A stretch of DNA of 55,196 nt, filler included, from Sluysia triapertura (GCA_046118255.1; 4 parts of 4 records of this genome joined end to end with filler, not necessarily neighbours in it); one strand, 5' to 3'. Shown: positions 24,980 to 37,771, numbered from the whole stretch's first letter. The notes: generated by a model from the letters alone, not told the origin. A program made the numbers and translations.

Positions 24980-26055
24980 ATGTCTATGTTTAATTTGAAT
25001 TTTGTCAATAACATAGAAAGTGAAGATAAAATTGATAAAGAAGATGTACTGGCGGGTTTTCCAAGAAATTATGAAAAATGTATAAAGTATTATGAATTAT
25101 TGAATTTGCTTATTTCAATAACATCAGAATTAATTTTAAATTTATGCGAAGAAATGAGTCAATATCAGCGAAAAGAAACTATTTTTAATTTACTAAAAAA
25201 TCAATAAACTTAAATTTTGATGAATTAGATGAATGGGAAGAACGACAAGAATACGAAAGGGTATTAGTTGATGTAGCTCCAGATGTTATAAATGTAGATA
25301 AAGTAGAATGTCAAGATTTAAAAGAAAGTGGTTTTCAGAATTCAAAATTTCAAAATTTAGTTCACTCATTCAAAAAATCATCCAACGCGGTCGCTGTGTA
25401 TTGCTATTTGACTCAAAACCAATATATCTCTTTAATGGAAACAAATGGTAATTTATTCAAAACACAGACAGTACTCGGATCAACAAGACACCGAGCAGAA
25501 GCAATTTTACTATCAATAATATCAAATCGCTCGAAGTCTCCTTTGTATAATTACTTTAAGAGATTGTTAGAAGATATTACAATAAAGTCTACGTTTGTAA
25601 ATTTAATAGTTTCAATAATTTACAATTTAAATTTAAAACCTAATGAAAATATGTATGATAGATTTGAAATAATTGACCAAACCGAAGATTCGAAATTAAT
25701 TTTATACTACTTACCAAATAATAATGCTTTTGTCCTAAAGAGAGGTTCGGATTACAGGGTTTGTGAAGTTTATCGACTGCATGTAATCGTTTATTTATGT
25801 TTTACAATTAATTTGGTAAAGAGAAGTCAAGTCAGACAAGAGCATTACTTAGTTGGTACTATTGACGATTTAGCAGACATAGAAGCTTGTAATATCATTT
25901 TTGATTTAAATTTAGATTCAATTTTTGATCGCACTTATAATATCGTGCATCATTATTATGATAATCTTACTTTGATAACGTATTCTCATAAGCCGGATGT
26001 CGAATCTGACCTTGTAAATAATTTTGAAAGAGTGAAGAATGTAAGTCTTATATAA
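24980..26055 (+). CDS. Intronless hypothetical protein of about 358 aa with one frameshift in an A6 run (pseudogene or assembly error)
   Basis: ORF 24980-25207 connects at the A run 25195-25200 to a frame open from 25201 to 26055 (SINLNFDELDEWEERQEYER...VKNVSLI). No recognisable family. Confidence 0.55.
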
Positions 26056-29000
26056 TTAGAACTGTTCATTTTTTAAATGTGTCAGCAATTTTTGTAAAAC
26101 TCGTTATATTTGTCTATAATAAAAATTTTCCATGTTATTTTTATTTAAAAATTGACTTTTATAAAGAAAGTTTTGAGTGCCTTAAGCACCAGTTTTATAA
26201 TGACTTTTGTTTTTATATGAATGGAACTTTTTTATAACGAATCGTATACGAAGAGAAATAATGATAATTTTAATCCCGTAAATAATAAAACCAAATTCAC
26301 AATAGTTCACTACAAATATAAAATAATATATTTATTCAATATCATAAATTAAATATACTTAATTAATTAAAATTATGCAGTAAAATAATACAATCGATTA
26401 TTTTGTGTACATAGTTTTTACTGCAAAAAACTTGCCACAATTCAAGTGTATGCTTTTACTGCGAAAACTATACTAATTTTAAATGTCATTTCAATAACCT
26501 CATAAAAATACACAATAAGTATATTGCTTTATAATTATTTTGTAAATTTTATTTGAAATAAAAAATATAATGAAAACTAAATTTCAAAGAATATATATTT
26601 AATTAAATATACGGAGTTATTAAATAGAAATTTAAATTATTTTTGGGTGTGGTAAAATATTACTCATCTGCATTTTATTTAATNNNNNNNNNNNNNNNNN
26701 NNNNNNNNNNNNNNNNNNNNNNNNNNNNNNNNNNNNNNNNNNNNNNNNNNNNNNNNNNNNNNNNNNNNNNNNNNNNNNNNNNNNNNNNNNNNNNNNNNNN
26801 NNNNNNNNNNNNNNNNNNNNNNNNNNNNNNNNNNNAAAGTAAGTTAAATATAGAAATTCATATACGTTAGTATAAGTGATTTATTATTGAGGTTCATTGA
26901 ATGATAATTATTTTTAATATTATGGTGTAATGTTTTATTTAATATATTTTTTTGTTTTTATTGATCAGTAATCTATGCTTGTGGCTCCAAAGAAAGCTAT
27001 CAAGGATTGTATGTAAATATTTATATCTGACTAGTTCATACTTAGCATTACAGGTTTCCAGTATTAATGGATTTAGTTAATATTTTGTTAGATTGCCTGA
27101 GTAACAAATAACAATTTCTTCTAAGTGTCATACCGATTAAATCATTGATATATTTTCAGTATGATTAGGCATTTAATAATAAGAGGAGGTCATTTATCTT
27201 AGACGAATGAGGCATTTTGCAAGAAAAATTTTTTACTTAATATTTTGAAATTATTTAAAATTTGAACTAAAAACATGCTATTAGAAGTTGCCTTCATTTT
27301 AATGTATTTTGTTTTATATTTATCTTATAAATTTAAGATTAATAAACTTAAGAATCTTATCAACCGTAAAGTTTAAAGAGGTTCCAGTGTTTAGTCAGAT
27401 AATTACAATTCAAAATATGTATCAAATAATGTTATATGAATTCATTTATTAATATGTATTTTAAATGACTTTTATACAATGTGAATGCATTGTTAACAAA
27501 GACTTTGTGATTAATGCTATACATGGTAATACACTTTTAATAGTAACACAAGAATACTGCAGGTGTATTATTTAAAAGGTTCGAAACTTAACTCAGAAAA
27601 ATAAGTAATACTGGGTTCGTTTATAGTAATTAATTTATGACCTTTCAGTGGGCGTTTCAACATTTAAAAACTGTAATACATTTTCGAACATTTACACAAC
27701 ACTATCTTGATTACATTTTCCTGTCCTTATTACGTGCAAAATAAAAACTGAACTGTTGGGTGTGGCTGTGGAAGGAGAACTAAATGTGTCACGATTCTAC
27801 TCATGCTATTCCTAATTCTTCTTAAGTCTAGCAGAACTACTGTTCGACTATGTTCTCTTAACTCTTTAAAATGACTATTTTGACCATTACCATTGTAGTA
27901 AACACAAACACAAATTAACACATATCACTTAAGCAAACATCATCACATCAAATCATCACACTATACACGTGAAATACAAACACAATTCTTGTAATATTGT
28001 AATATTTAATAAATACTCATTTTGTAAAGTAATGTCCATATTGTAAAAATAATACTGCTTTTTATAAAAATAATATTAAAATAATTATCATTCACGTGTA
28101 TTTTAATTCTAAAATAATTTTAAAATAAAAGATAATTCTTTATAATGTTAAAATAATTTTTAAAATAATACTCAAAAATTACTGATATTATAATGTATCA
28201 ATTTAAAATATGATTACATACAGTTAATATAAATTCAAACTTTAATAACAAATAACAATCAAATCTAAATTGAAACTGTATAAATAATTATTTTAAAGTA
28301 AGAATCAATAAATTCAATATGAATTTAAATTTATAAACATCAAACATCACTATTATAGTTAATAGAATCATTTTAAAATAAGAATTAATAACAATGATAT
28401 AAAATCAAACTTTAAGAACATAAAATACGATCAAAATTATCTTAAAAACACGATTTAAAATATGTATAAGATAAGAGTATATTAAATTGAGATTGAATAG
28501 AACAAAATTAATTTAATTACAATTTAGAACAGACTAAATAATAATTTAATGACTGGAAATAATTCTTATTAATAATTATAATTTTGTGATTACAAGTGAA
28601 TAATTGTTTATGATAACAAAAATATATATGATAATGGATTAATTGACTGGAAATAATTTATATAATTTAGTGATTACAGTGAATAATTATTTATAATAAC
28701 AATCTGTATAGTAAAAATATATATAAATTCCAATTTCAAAGTAAAATTTACAATAACAATGTGGGTATTTAAATAATAAAATGAAATGTTAAGGTTTTTT
28801 TGCAAAGTGTGAGTCCCCTACGATATTGGTCTTTACAGTTAAGGGCCAACTCGTAGGTGTCAACGAAAGAAAATGCAATAGTTTCAACGATTGTTTTTGG
28901 AGGTCAATTGATTATAATCCGCTTTTATAGCAAGGTTAAATATTGTCAAATTTATGTGAGATCCAATGTAAAAGGATCTTATATGGTGTCGATTTTAAAT

Positions 29001-29285
29001 TATTATATTCACAATTGTTCTTTATTATTTCCTCAGATTTTATTAATTTTGAAACTATTAAAGTTTTTTCTACTTATTTCGTAAGGTAAAGCAATGAAAA
29101 TCGTCAGTGAGTGTTACTCGATAAAGGAAAGATTAAATTCTGCCATTAACAAATTGATTAACTTAATGTAAACAATAATTTTATAACATACAAATTATAA
29201 ATTATACGATCAATATGTAATTAAAAATTTATACAATCAAAAGAAAATTTTCAATTAATTTAAATTAAAGTAGTTCAGCTGAATA

Positions 29286-29627
29286 TGTTGGGATTGTCCA
29301 GTTAGGATATAGAAAATAGGTTAAAAAGTAATAGAAATCAAACATATAAGAACAAGTGATGTAAAATACCTGAAATATTATAATATAAACATAATTAAAT
29401 ATTTCTAGAGCAAGAATAATGATCAAGAAATGTTTAGAATCATTTTGAAACCGAAGAACACCTTGGAGTTCCAAAGACATTTGTATGGTATTGAGAACCT
29501 TATGAAGATTTAAGAAATGTTTGGAAAGATGTCTTGAAGTGTGAAGATACCTTTGAACTTCTGAATCTTGGGATCATTTGAGACCTTGTTGATCTTTTGG
29601 AACCTTTGAAGACGTTTAAGACCTTAA
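29286..29627 (+). mobile_element. TGTTGG LTR-like repeat, copy 3 (5' fragment)
   Basis: TGTTGGGATTGTCCAGTTAG start; TTTTGAAACCGAA.AACACCTTGGAGTTCCAAAGA and ATCATTTGAGACCTTGTTGATC are nearly identical to 5357-5500. Confidence 0.8.
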
Positions 29628-30563
29628 TTTTTATTTATGGTTATTATAAATTTAATTTCTTTGGTAATTGTTAAATATTTCATATTAAAGATAATCATTA
29701 TTTTGTAGATTGTTTAAAATATATATTAAATTGTATTTTTTCGATTTTATCATTGATCAATAATATTAGAAAAGGATTTATTATTGTAGTAAATGTTTTT
29801 GGGAATTTCTATTATTATTGTTAGAAAAAACTTTTGTGACAGTTTAATATAAGTTCCAACAAATTCAATTAATACAAAGGAACGAAAACTATAAGATTAT
29901 TCAATGCAATGACAATAAAATTGTAATTCTTTCAACATTCTATTTATCAAAATGAATTAGTATAAATAAATGAAACTTTAAAATTATTCAGTGTAATTAA
30001 TAATAATAAAAATTGTAATTTTTGAATGATCAATTTGTAAATTATCAGAATGATAATCAACTATTTAGATTGTCATGACATTATTTTATTCTCGTAATTA
30101 AATTTTACTAAAATAAATTATACCATAAAGTTTTTACTTACTTCGTGCAAGAGTTGACACTTATATAAATTAGTAACTAATTATTATTTTGATGAAATAT
30201 CAAATTTTATATTAACTTATTGTTTTTCAACGTATTAATATGCTTGAGACGTAGAAGAATTCCAAATTTACTTTTATCCGATCAAATATCATGGATAAAT
30301 ATTATTACGAATAATGATTGTTAAGAACTTCCAAAAATTATAAACATAAAAAATTCTTTAAACTTTTTATGGTTGTCTTTTATACTCTTTGTAATACGCA
30401 TAAAACGTCTGCAATCATGACTAATTCTTGTCTTCGTATTTAAGTATTGTATTTTTTAGTTTAGATTTTTTTAGCTTTTTAGTTTCAAATTAAATAATAT
30501 AATTTTAATACAGTAATATAGTTTTAATGATAATATAATGTTAATATAATAATACTGATCTTA

Positions 30564-30663
30564 NNNNNNNNNNNNNNNNNNNNNNNNNNNNNNNNNNNNN
30601 NNNNNNNTTAATTAATTAANNNNNNNNNNNNNNNNNNNNNNNNNNNNNNNNNNNNNNNNNNNN
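30564..30663. other. Artificial scaffold linker
   Basis: N44-TTAATTAATTAA-N44. Confidence 0.95.
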
Positions 30664-31341
30664 ACCTTGTTTTCAATTTACAAAATTTCAATTAATTTCA
30701 ATAAATTATGTTTAACACTTTCCATTTCACTTAACCATAAACATTACACAATTTTCAAACAAATCTTAAATAACTTTAAAGAAATTCGTAATCATACTGT
30801 GAAGAAACAACCACAAACAATACATCTTTCATTTAACTGTTGTTGTTCCTTCACAGTACAATTGTCTCTTTCATTTTTATTTCGTTTTCAAATATGTAGA
30901 AGTAAAAAAAGATAAAAGAAAAGATTATGTTAACATCTTTTTAAAGATATTTATGTATTTTTATCTTTATTAGTTTATAATAATAATAATAATTATTATT
31001 ATTATTATCATCATTATTATTATCATTGTTATTATTATTATCACTAATTATTATTCTCATTATCATTAACGCTATTATAATTATCTGTTATATTAGTAAT
31101 TATTAAACTGTCAATTTTGACAGTTCTCAATTAGTTTGTCGACAGTCACTATAATCAGAATTTTATAACAATATGCCAACTAGACAATTACTGATTATCC
31201 AATCAGATTTTTGTTCAGAAATTTTCACAATTACGAAGTCAAATTTTATCATAGTTTTTGAATTAAATTTAGAACGTCAAAGAATTTATTGATAGAGTAA
31301 AAAATTGAAAATCAAAATTAACGAGAGGAGCATAGTAAGTC

Positions 31342-32826
31342 ATGTTATTCACAAATACTGAGTCAATCAGAAGGTGTCTAAAGTATAAAACTGATCACGA
31401 AACATTAAAGCTTATCAAATTTGCCGATTCTATTATGCTATTTAATTTAACATGGTTCGACTGTAATTCAGCAATAAAGTATTTAAAGTATAAAGCTGAT
31501 CATGAAACATTAAAGCTTATCAAATTTGCCGATTCTATTATGCTATTTAATTTAACAAGGTTCGATTGTAATTCAGCGATAAAGTATTTAAAGCATAAAG
31601 ATAATTATAAAGCATTAAAGATTATCAAGTTCAATGATTTTATTATGCTATTAAATTTAACGTTATTCGACCATAACGAATTAGAGGCAAGATCTTTAAA
31701 GTCTGACGTCGATCATGAAGCAGTAATGATTACGAAGTTTAGCAATTCATTTACAACATTTAGTACCATATTATTGGATATTCACGGAATGATCGAAAGA
31801 CAATTTTATACATGCAGAGATGATACATTCGGCGTAATGCTATTAATTATCCAAGAAATGATCAGAAGACAAATTTGTGCACATAAAGATTATACATTTA
31901 TTGTAATGCTATTAAATGTTTCTCGAATAATGGAAGGACAGCTGTCTACACTTAAAGATGATGTATTCGGTATTATGTCATTATATAATGATGAAATAAC
32001 TACGAAGCAACCTGTTATACGTAAAGAAGCTAATGCATTCAATCTCACTAACATCGCGGATTCATTCCAGTCAATTACGCTTCTTAACCCAATCATCTAC
32101 AGATGTGATCATTTTAAGATTAAGAAAGGTAATATTTTCACGTTAAATTTTTATTATCATATTCGTCATAGCATGTATTTATATATTATTTATTGTAGCT
32201 CTTACAACTTAGAAGTTAACGAAACCAGGATTCGGAATGAGGCAACGTGTACAGGAGATTTTGCAAAACCTGAAACATTTAATAACTTAATCTCTTTATT
32301 TATCAATTTAATAAATAATTATCTTTGTTGTCATTATAAATTTACTTCGAATAATGTAAAATCTAAAAACGTTAATGGTAATCTCTTGATTCTCTACATT
32401 TTTAAATTTAAAGTTATAGATAAAACAACTAAGACCATAATTAATACTAATAAAATTAATATTGAACATAACTACAAAGTTTTTAACCTAAGAGTAGGAT
32501 TCAATATAATTATCACTCACATGAGAACATTGAAACGAATAAATCTTTTATTTCTAGCAAACAATAAAATTCTTCGTATAAAAATTACTGATTATATAAT
32601 AAACGGCAGATACGCCCTCTTAATATTTAAAAAGATTAAGTTCACGGCCATCTCTGATAAATTATGGTGTATAACAAACATCCACAAAACACTCAAATCA
32701 AACATAGACCCCATAAAGATTGTTTATCTTGGACAACTACATTTACCAATCAAAATGACCGTTTTCTTTTTTTCCAAATGCATTTTCCAATTGAACTTGT
32801 TCTACAAAACATTAGCTACCTACTGA
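31342..32826 (+). CDS. Intronless 494-aa hypothetical protein with 35-aa and 23-aa tandem repeats
   Basis: Longest uninterrupted ORF in the window. 105-nt repeats (LKYK.DHETLKLIKFADSIMLFNLT.FDCNSAIKY) about 3.5 times, then 69-nt repeats (TF.VMLL.I..MI..Q....KDD) 4 times. Confidence 0.55.
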   Translation: MLFTNTESIRRCLKYKTDHETLKLIKFADSIMLFNLTWFDCNSAIKYLKYKADHETLKLIKFADSIMLFNLTRFDCNSAIKYLKHKDNYKALKIIKFNDFIMLLNLTLFDHNELEARSLKSDVDHEAVMITKFSNSFTTFSTILLDIHGMIERQFYTCRDDTFGVMLLIIQEMIRRQICAHKDYTFIVMLLNVSRIMEGQLSTLKDDVFGIMSLYNDEITTKQPVIRKEANAFNLTNIADSFQSITLLNPIIYRCDHFKIKKGNIFTLNFYYHIRHSMYLYIIYCSSYNLEVNETRIRNEATCTGDFAKPETFNNLISLFINLINNYLCCHYKFTSNNVKSKNVNGNLLILYIFKFKVIDKTTKTIINTNKINIEHNYKVFNLRVGFNIIITHMRTLKRINLLFLANNKILRIKITDYIINGRYALLIFKKIKFTAISDKLWCITNIHKTLKSNIDPIKIVYLGQLHLPIKMTVFFFSKCIFQLNLFYKTLATY

Positions 32827-34397
32827 AAATGTAGTGTTGATTATATTCAGTTATATTTTCATAGTTTTACGTAAATGAAATTTGGAAATTAAATTTAGTT
32901 TTAAAGTTAAATCCTTATTTGACAAATTGATAATTATTTTTTTTCTGCATATTTTTATGAATTTTACTAATGAAAAATATTGATTTTGATTTTACAGTAA
33001 ATTATTAATGTAAATGTAATCATTTCAAGATTTACTTTGGGTGCTGATATGTACAGTAATGAGTATTTCCGTCTATCTTCAGTAATTTGCATCAATTTTC
33101 CTAAAATATCAAATTAAATTAAAATACTTACCTTTTTAAATTATAAGAAAAATTGTGTGTAATGAAAGATGAAAATTTTTGATCGATAAAAATACGAATG
33201 TACTACTAAAACGCGCACATAAGAATGTCTTTATGCTATATTTGGAGGGTTATTTTTGTATGTGACCTTTTATAATCACTTTTATCATTTTTGTTTGAAA
33301 AGTTGCTGCAATTTACATAATCGAATTGAATTTTTTAAACAAAAACATGTTATACTATATTTTTTTAATTTTAATTTTTGTAATTTTTATATGAAATTTA
33401 GTACAATATACCATTGTTAAAATCTAGGTTGTTAGTTAAAACTCAATAAGCAATTAATTTATTTATCTTTATTAATTGGTGTCACAACATTTGATACTTT
33501 CTTTGGTTTACATTTACACATTTTAACAATAAAATTAATATCTTTGTAATAAAATTATTACCTCATTTGGAGTAATGTTATTAAGATAATGCATTTAACT
33601 AATATAACATTACTAAAATAAGATTCGTTAAAATCGTTTATTAAATTAGATTTATAGAAATTTCTTTTAAAAAATCTTGAATTAAAATTAATTTTACGAA
33701 AAACGACAATAAAAACAATCTAAAACGTATTTATTTGAATTGTGACTACATAAAATATATTTTGTTTAAAACAATTTAATAAGGTTGAATCTTGTAGATC
33801 AATCGGTCTAAGTTTTCCGTAAACATAACTAAAGCACAAAGTTTCATCATTAGAATAAAAATGATTAGTTATAGAAATTAACGTGGTTAATCTTGAAACA
33901 ATGTTGAATATTTGTCGTAGCCGTTGTAGTTGTTTCTAATATTTCTCTATTGAATGATCGTATTTTATAGGTACATTTGATGATTCTTTTTTAAGTTATA
34001 GATAATGAGGTTGTTGGTATTATTGGTCGTATTGTAATGTCGTTATCATTAGAATGATAACCAAAGTACAAAGCACACATATAGGTGTAATTTTAATTTC
34101 ATTTTTAATTCGCAACAATAAGATTTTAGTTCTAACACAATTTTAAAATTTTTCCAATTTTTTATGCTGATTGTAATTGCGGTTAAAATTGTTGTGCTAT
34201 TAAAATGTCGAAATTTAATTTATATTCATTTTAAATGACCAATAACATATGAATGATTATTAACACACAATTTGGTTAGCAACTAAAAAGCGTAAAATAT
34301 TTAATAGGAATAATGATAATTATAATGATGTTAGTAATAATGATAATTATAATGATGTTAGTAATAATGATAATGATAACTAATAATAATTAATAAC

Positions 34398-34434
<37 letters not shown>

Positions 34435-34833
34435 TAAAAATAAAAATAATTTCTTTTGTTTCATTCGTTAGTTCCACGACATCTTCCAAATAGATAGATG
34501 GTTAAGGTTTTTGTAATTTATCAACATTAACTTCATTACCAACTTTTCTAACTTCAATAAATTTCTGTACTTTATTTGATATGTCTTATAACAGTTTCTG
34601 AGGACTTTGAGTTAATGGACTTTTAAATCGGTCCGTCGTTTTCCAAATGAGTATAGTAGAATGTGGTAAGAAAATCGGGATCATTTATATTTGTAGCATT
34701 AGTGTGTAATTGTGTTAGAACGAGTGTTTTAATTACGTCGCTGTTTTTTATATTCCATGGTGATTTATTGGAATAAGTTTCTTGTAAGTATAAACCAACA
34801 TAATAACGTCTAGAGTAGGGTTGTTCTTGCTCC

Positions 34834-34868
<35 letters not shown>

Positions 34869-35718
34869 GAAAATATGAAAGAGAGTTGTGATAGAGAATT
34901 AATGAAGTTAAATGTGTTAACAGAAATTCCATTTACTTTATTGTTATTTTGAAATTTAAAATACAAATTTAATGTTTTTTTGATGTAATGAATATTTTGA
35001 GTGATTTTTAGTGTATTGTGATGTACTAAAATTTTGTGTGAAGATATTGGCCACCACACCTTAATCCTGAACTTATAAAATGCTTAAGCTTTTAATAAAA
35101 TTAAGTTAATTGTTGAAATATGTTAAATATTACTATTTTTGTTTACTTTACCGAGAATTGGTTAACATAAACTTTTATAAATTTATTTATCTAAAAATGG
35201 TTTTTAGACAAAATCTAAAAATTAATCGGAGTACGAAACGTTATGTTATTTTACGTTAATAACAAATGTTTTATTTGATTCCCCTGTACTGATGAGATGG
35301 AACTGTGACTTCCTTTTAGAATATTTAATTTAGCAACTAATTATGATATATTTAGCAGCTGAGTGGTGAATATATTGTGGTCTTTAGTGACCTTGAATAC
35401 TTTGGAAACCACTTATGTGAAATATTGTGAAAGGGTAATTCTGTAATCGGAAAATTTTATCCTCCTAAAAAAATTAGTCTCTAAAATTAATTAAAATAAA
35501 TTTTATTTATTCACTCCGACCTACATGGTCCAAATTAATTTGAATTTTGATTTTGGTATTTGTTGATTTATCGGTGGTGGGTATAGCTGAGTAAACCAAA
35601 GTTGATATAAATGAAATAATTTTTTTGCGGCTGCAGAATGTGACACTTTTTTATGCTGCTTAGGTTTTACGATTTCATTTAATGTCTGAGGTCAGGCATT
35701 TTCTTCGGGAATGAGATA

Positions 35719-36438
35719 TGTTGGGATAACTAATTGTGAATCAGAAAACAAGGGAGAAATATATGAGCTATATATGAAGAGAAACTGATACAAATTGATG
35801 GATTTAACATTATAATCATTGTAAAAATAAGAATCTTGAAAGTAAAAACATCTATAATAATTTTAATAGCTAAAGAATACCTTGACGTTCCAAAGACCTA
35901 TATAAGGTGTTGTAATTTTGTGGAAGCTTGAAAAGAACTTAAAAAACATTTGAAGGCATTAGAGCACCTTTGAGCTTGTTAATCTTGAGATCATCTAAGA
36001 CCTTATTAACCTTTAGATATTCTCGAAAACTTGATAAGCATTTGGGATCTTCGAGTAACCTTATAAAGTGTTTAAAATCTTTAAAATAGTTGAGAAATAA
36101 AATCGTTTAGTATAAGTTTAGAATAATATTAATTAACATGAAGATGTAGAAAAAGGAATCAGAGAAGTGAAGGTGAAAACATCTAGAGCCTCCTGAATGC
36201 TTTATAAATTAGCTTTGGAACCTTAATAAAACCTTTAAACATAAAATAAAATTAAGTCTAAAAATAGATTAATTAATTAAAATCTTAATAAACTTAATTA
36301 AGAAAAATTACGTTTTCGTGAATAACTTTTGAATGCGGAATGCTATGTTGAATTAGAAACTGTATGTATTTGCATTGAAAAGACCTTTAGATGAAGGTAT
36401 GGTTTGACTGAGTTCATGCAAGAAAAGCCTTAATACTG
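35719..36438 (+). mobile_element. TGTTGG LTR-like repeat, copy 4 (3'-truncated at the junction with the CsRN1 element)
   Basis: Starts TGTTGGGA; colinear with 7523-8265; similarity stops after GAAAAGCCTTAATA. Confidence 0.8.
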
Positions 36439-36879
36439 AACAGAACAACCAGAACAACCACACCAAAACAATAACACCACTCTCAATTCTTAAAAAGAAA
36501 CAAATCTTACCAAGAACAATAATTGATTCAAACACGCTATTCGAACGCCTTGTACACACCAATATCAACATAGCCACCAATTCGAAAACCCTAAACAACA
36601 GAACAATAAACATAAAAATAAAATGCACAGCGTGCAATTTAAATTCGCGCCTTAAAATTAAAAATTCTGACCCTATTAATATACTACATAGGCTAAGTAA
36701 ACACCCTCAAGCATGGTTTACTTATCAGGCGCAACCTTTACGTCCTCACTTAAGATTCAGCGATTATATCAATTAACCATCAACTACCTGGCGGCACTGA
36801 CGACGATCCTGAAATTCCACCACGTACTGAACAAGACCAAGTAACAAACATCAGTACTCCTTCGTCGTCTAAATTTTTC

Positions 36880-37728
36880 TTGGACGATACTGGCTCTCAA
36901 AGTACATGGTTTTTGGTTGTTGAAGCCATGTTTAAAACCAATTCGGTTAAACATCAAACCACAAAGTTTAATCACACGTTAGCAATGTTGCCCCAGGCAT
37001 TACTAAGTAAAATTAGCCCCAAAATCCAAGCGTGTATTGCTTCAAAATCTCCGTATGACGAACTTAAGCAAATAGTCATACAGCAATACCGCCCAAATTC
37101 GGAAAAGGTCTTCCAAGACTACTTTAAGGTACAAACATTAGGTACTATTTCACCTTCCGAATTTTTAGCAAAAATAAAAAGGGACTTAGCACCATTCGGT
37201 TGTGACATCGACGAAAATCACGATGTCTTAAAACGATTTTTCCTCGGTGCTATGCCTCTTACAGTTCAAGGCATACTAAAATCGACGAGCTGGCCAAGAT
37301 CGCCGATAACATCATTTCTGTATGGAACAAGAATCACCAACAACCTCTTCCTCTTCCAACAACCAACAACGAGACACAAAACCTTCTGCTACAAGTCCAA
37401 AATCTCACAAAACAGGTCGCAGACCTTACAAAAATTTTATGCTCAAAATCAAGAGAGAACAAGTTCTCCCACATTCTCAACGAGTTCCTCTAACTCAAAT
37501 AAATCTACTAAAAACAAAAAACCCTTTAATGGAATCTGTTACTATCACAACAGATTCCAACAACAGGCTAAATCTTGCTTACTAGGATGTAGATTTCCAC
37601 ATAAATCTACAAATTTAACAATTAAAAACTTGTGCGTATATCATGTACATTTTCAAAAAAGCTCTAAAAGATCCATGGATGGTTGCATCTACTTTAAACA
37701 AAATTTAAAACCATCATCAAAAAACTGA
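36880..37728 (+). pseudogene. gag: CsRN1-type gag
   Basis: STWFLVVEAMF...TKFNHTLAMLP...PYDELK...LGTISPSEFL; CYYHNRFQQQAKSCLLGC (C-x2-H-x9-C-x3-C). Probably an internal compensating frameshift around 37280-37440. Confidence 0.85.
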
Positions 37729-37771
37729 AATTGCCAACGTTTAAAGCGGCTAAACCGAAACAATTGGCAAT
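37719..37771 (+). promoter_or_regulatory. -1 programmed ribosomal frameshift signal (gag-pol)
   Basis: A AAA AAC heptamer (37719-37725) directly before the gag TGA; pol is in the -1 frame; downstream stem ATTGCCAA (37730-37737)/TTGGCAAT (37764-37771). Confidence 0.75.

Noticed and set aside
27760-27880. Cys-rich VGCGCGRRTKC..SC peptide resembling a CXC domain at the end of a DNA transposase
   Set aside because: Too short and frameshifted; no transposase core or termini recognised nearby.
28200-28710. Imperfect tandem duplications (about 170-bp and about 95-bp units)
   Set aside because: Ordinary AT-rich local duplications, probably inside the repeat carrying the 28775-28857 hairpin; no independent signal.
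28805-28870. Possible hammerhead ribozyme (TGAGTCC...ACGAAA around the hairpin); also CTGATGAG at 13235, 35289 and 41349
   Set aside because: The CUGANGA core is missing at 28805, and at the other sites no stem II + GAAA + stem III arrangement could be built.
31378-31700. 105-bp tandem repeats as a CRISPR-like array
   Set aside because: Units are contiguous, in-frame coding repeats without unique spacers, in a eukaryotic context.
33780-34835. Minus-strand protein-like fragments (e.g. MEQEQPYSRRYYVGLYLQETY)
   Set aside because: Interrupted by stops and microsatellites; no motif or consistent splice pattern found.
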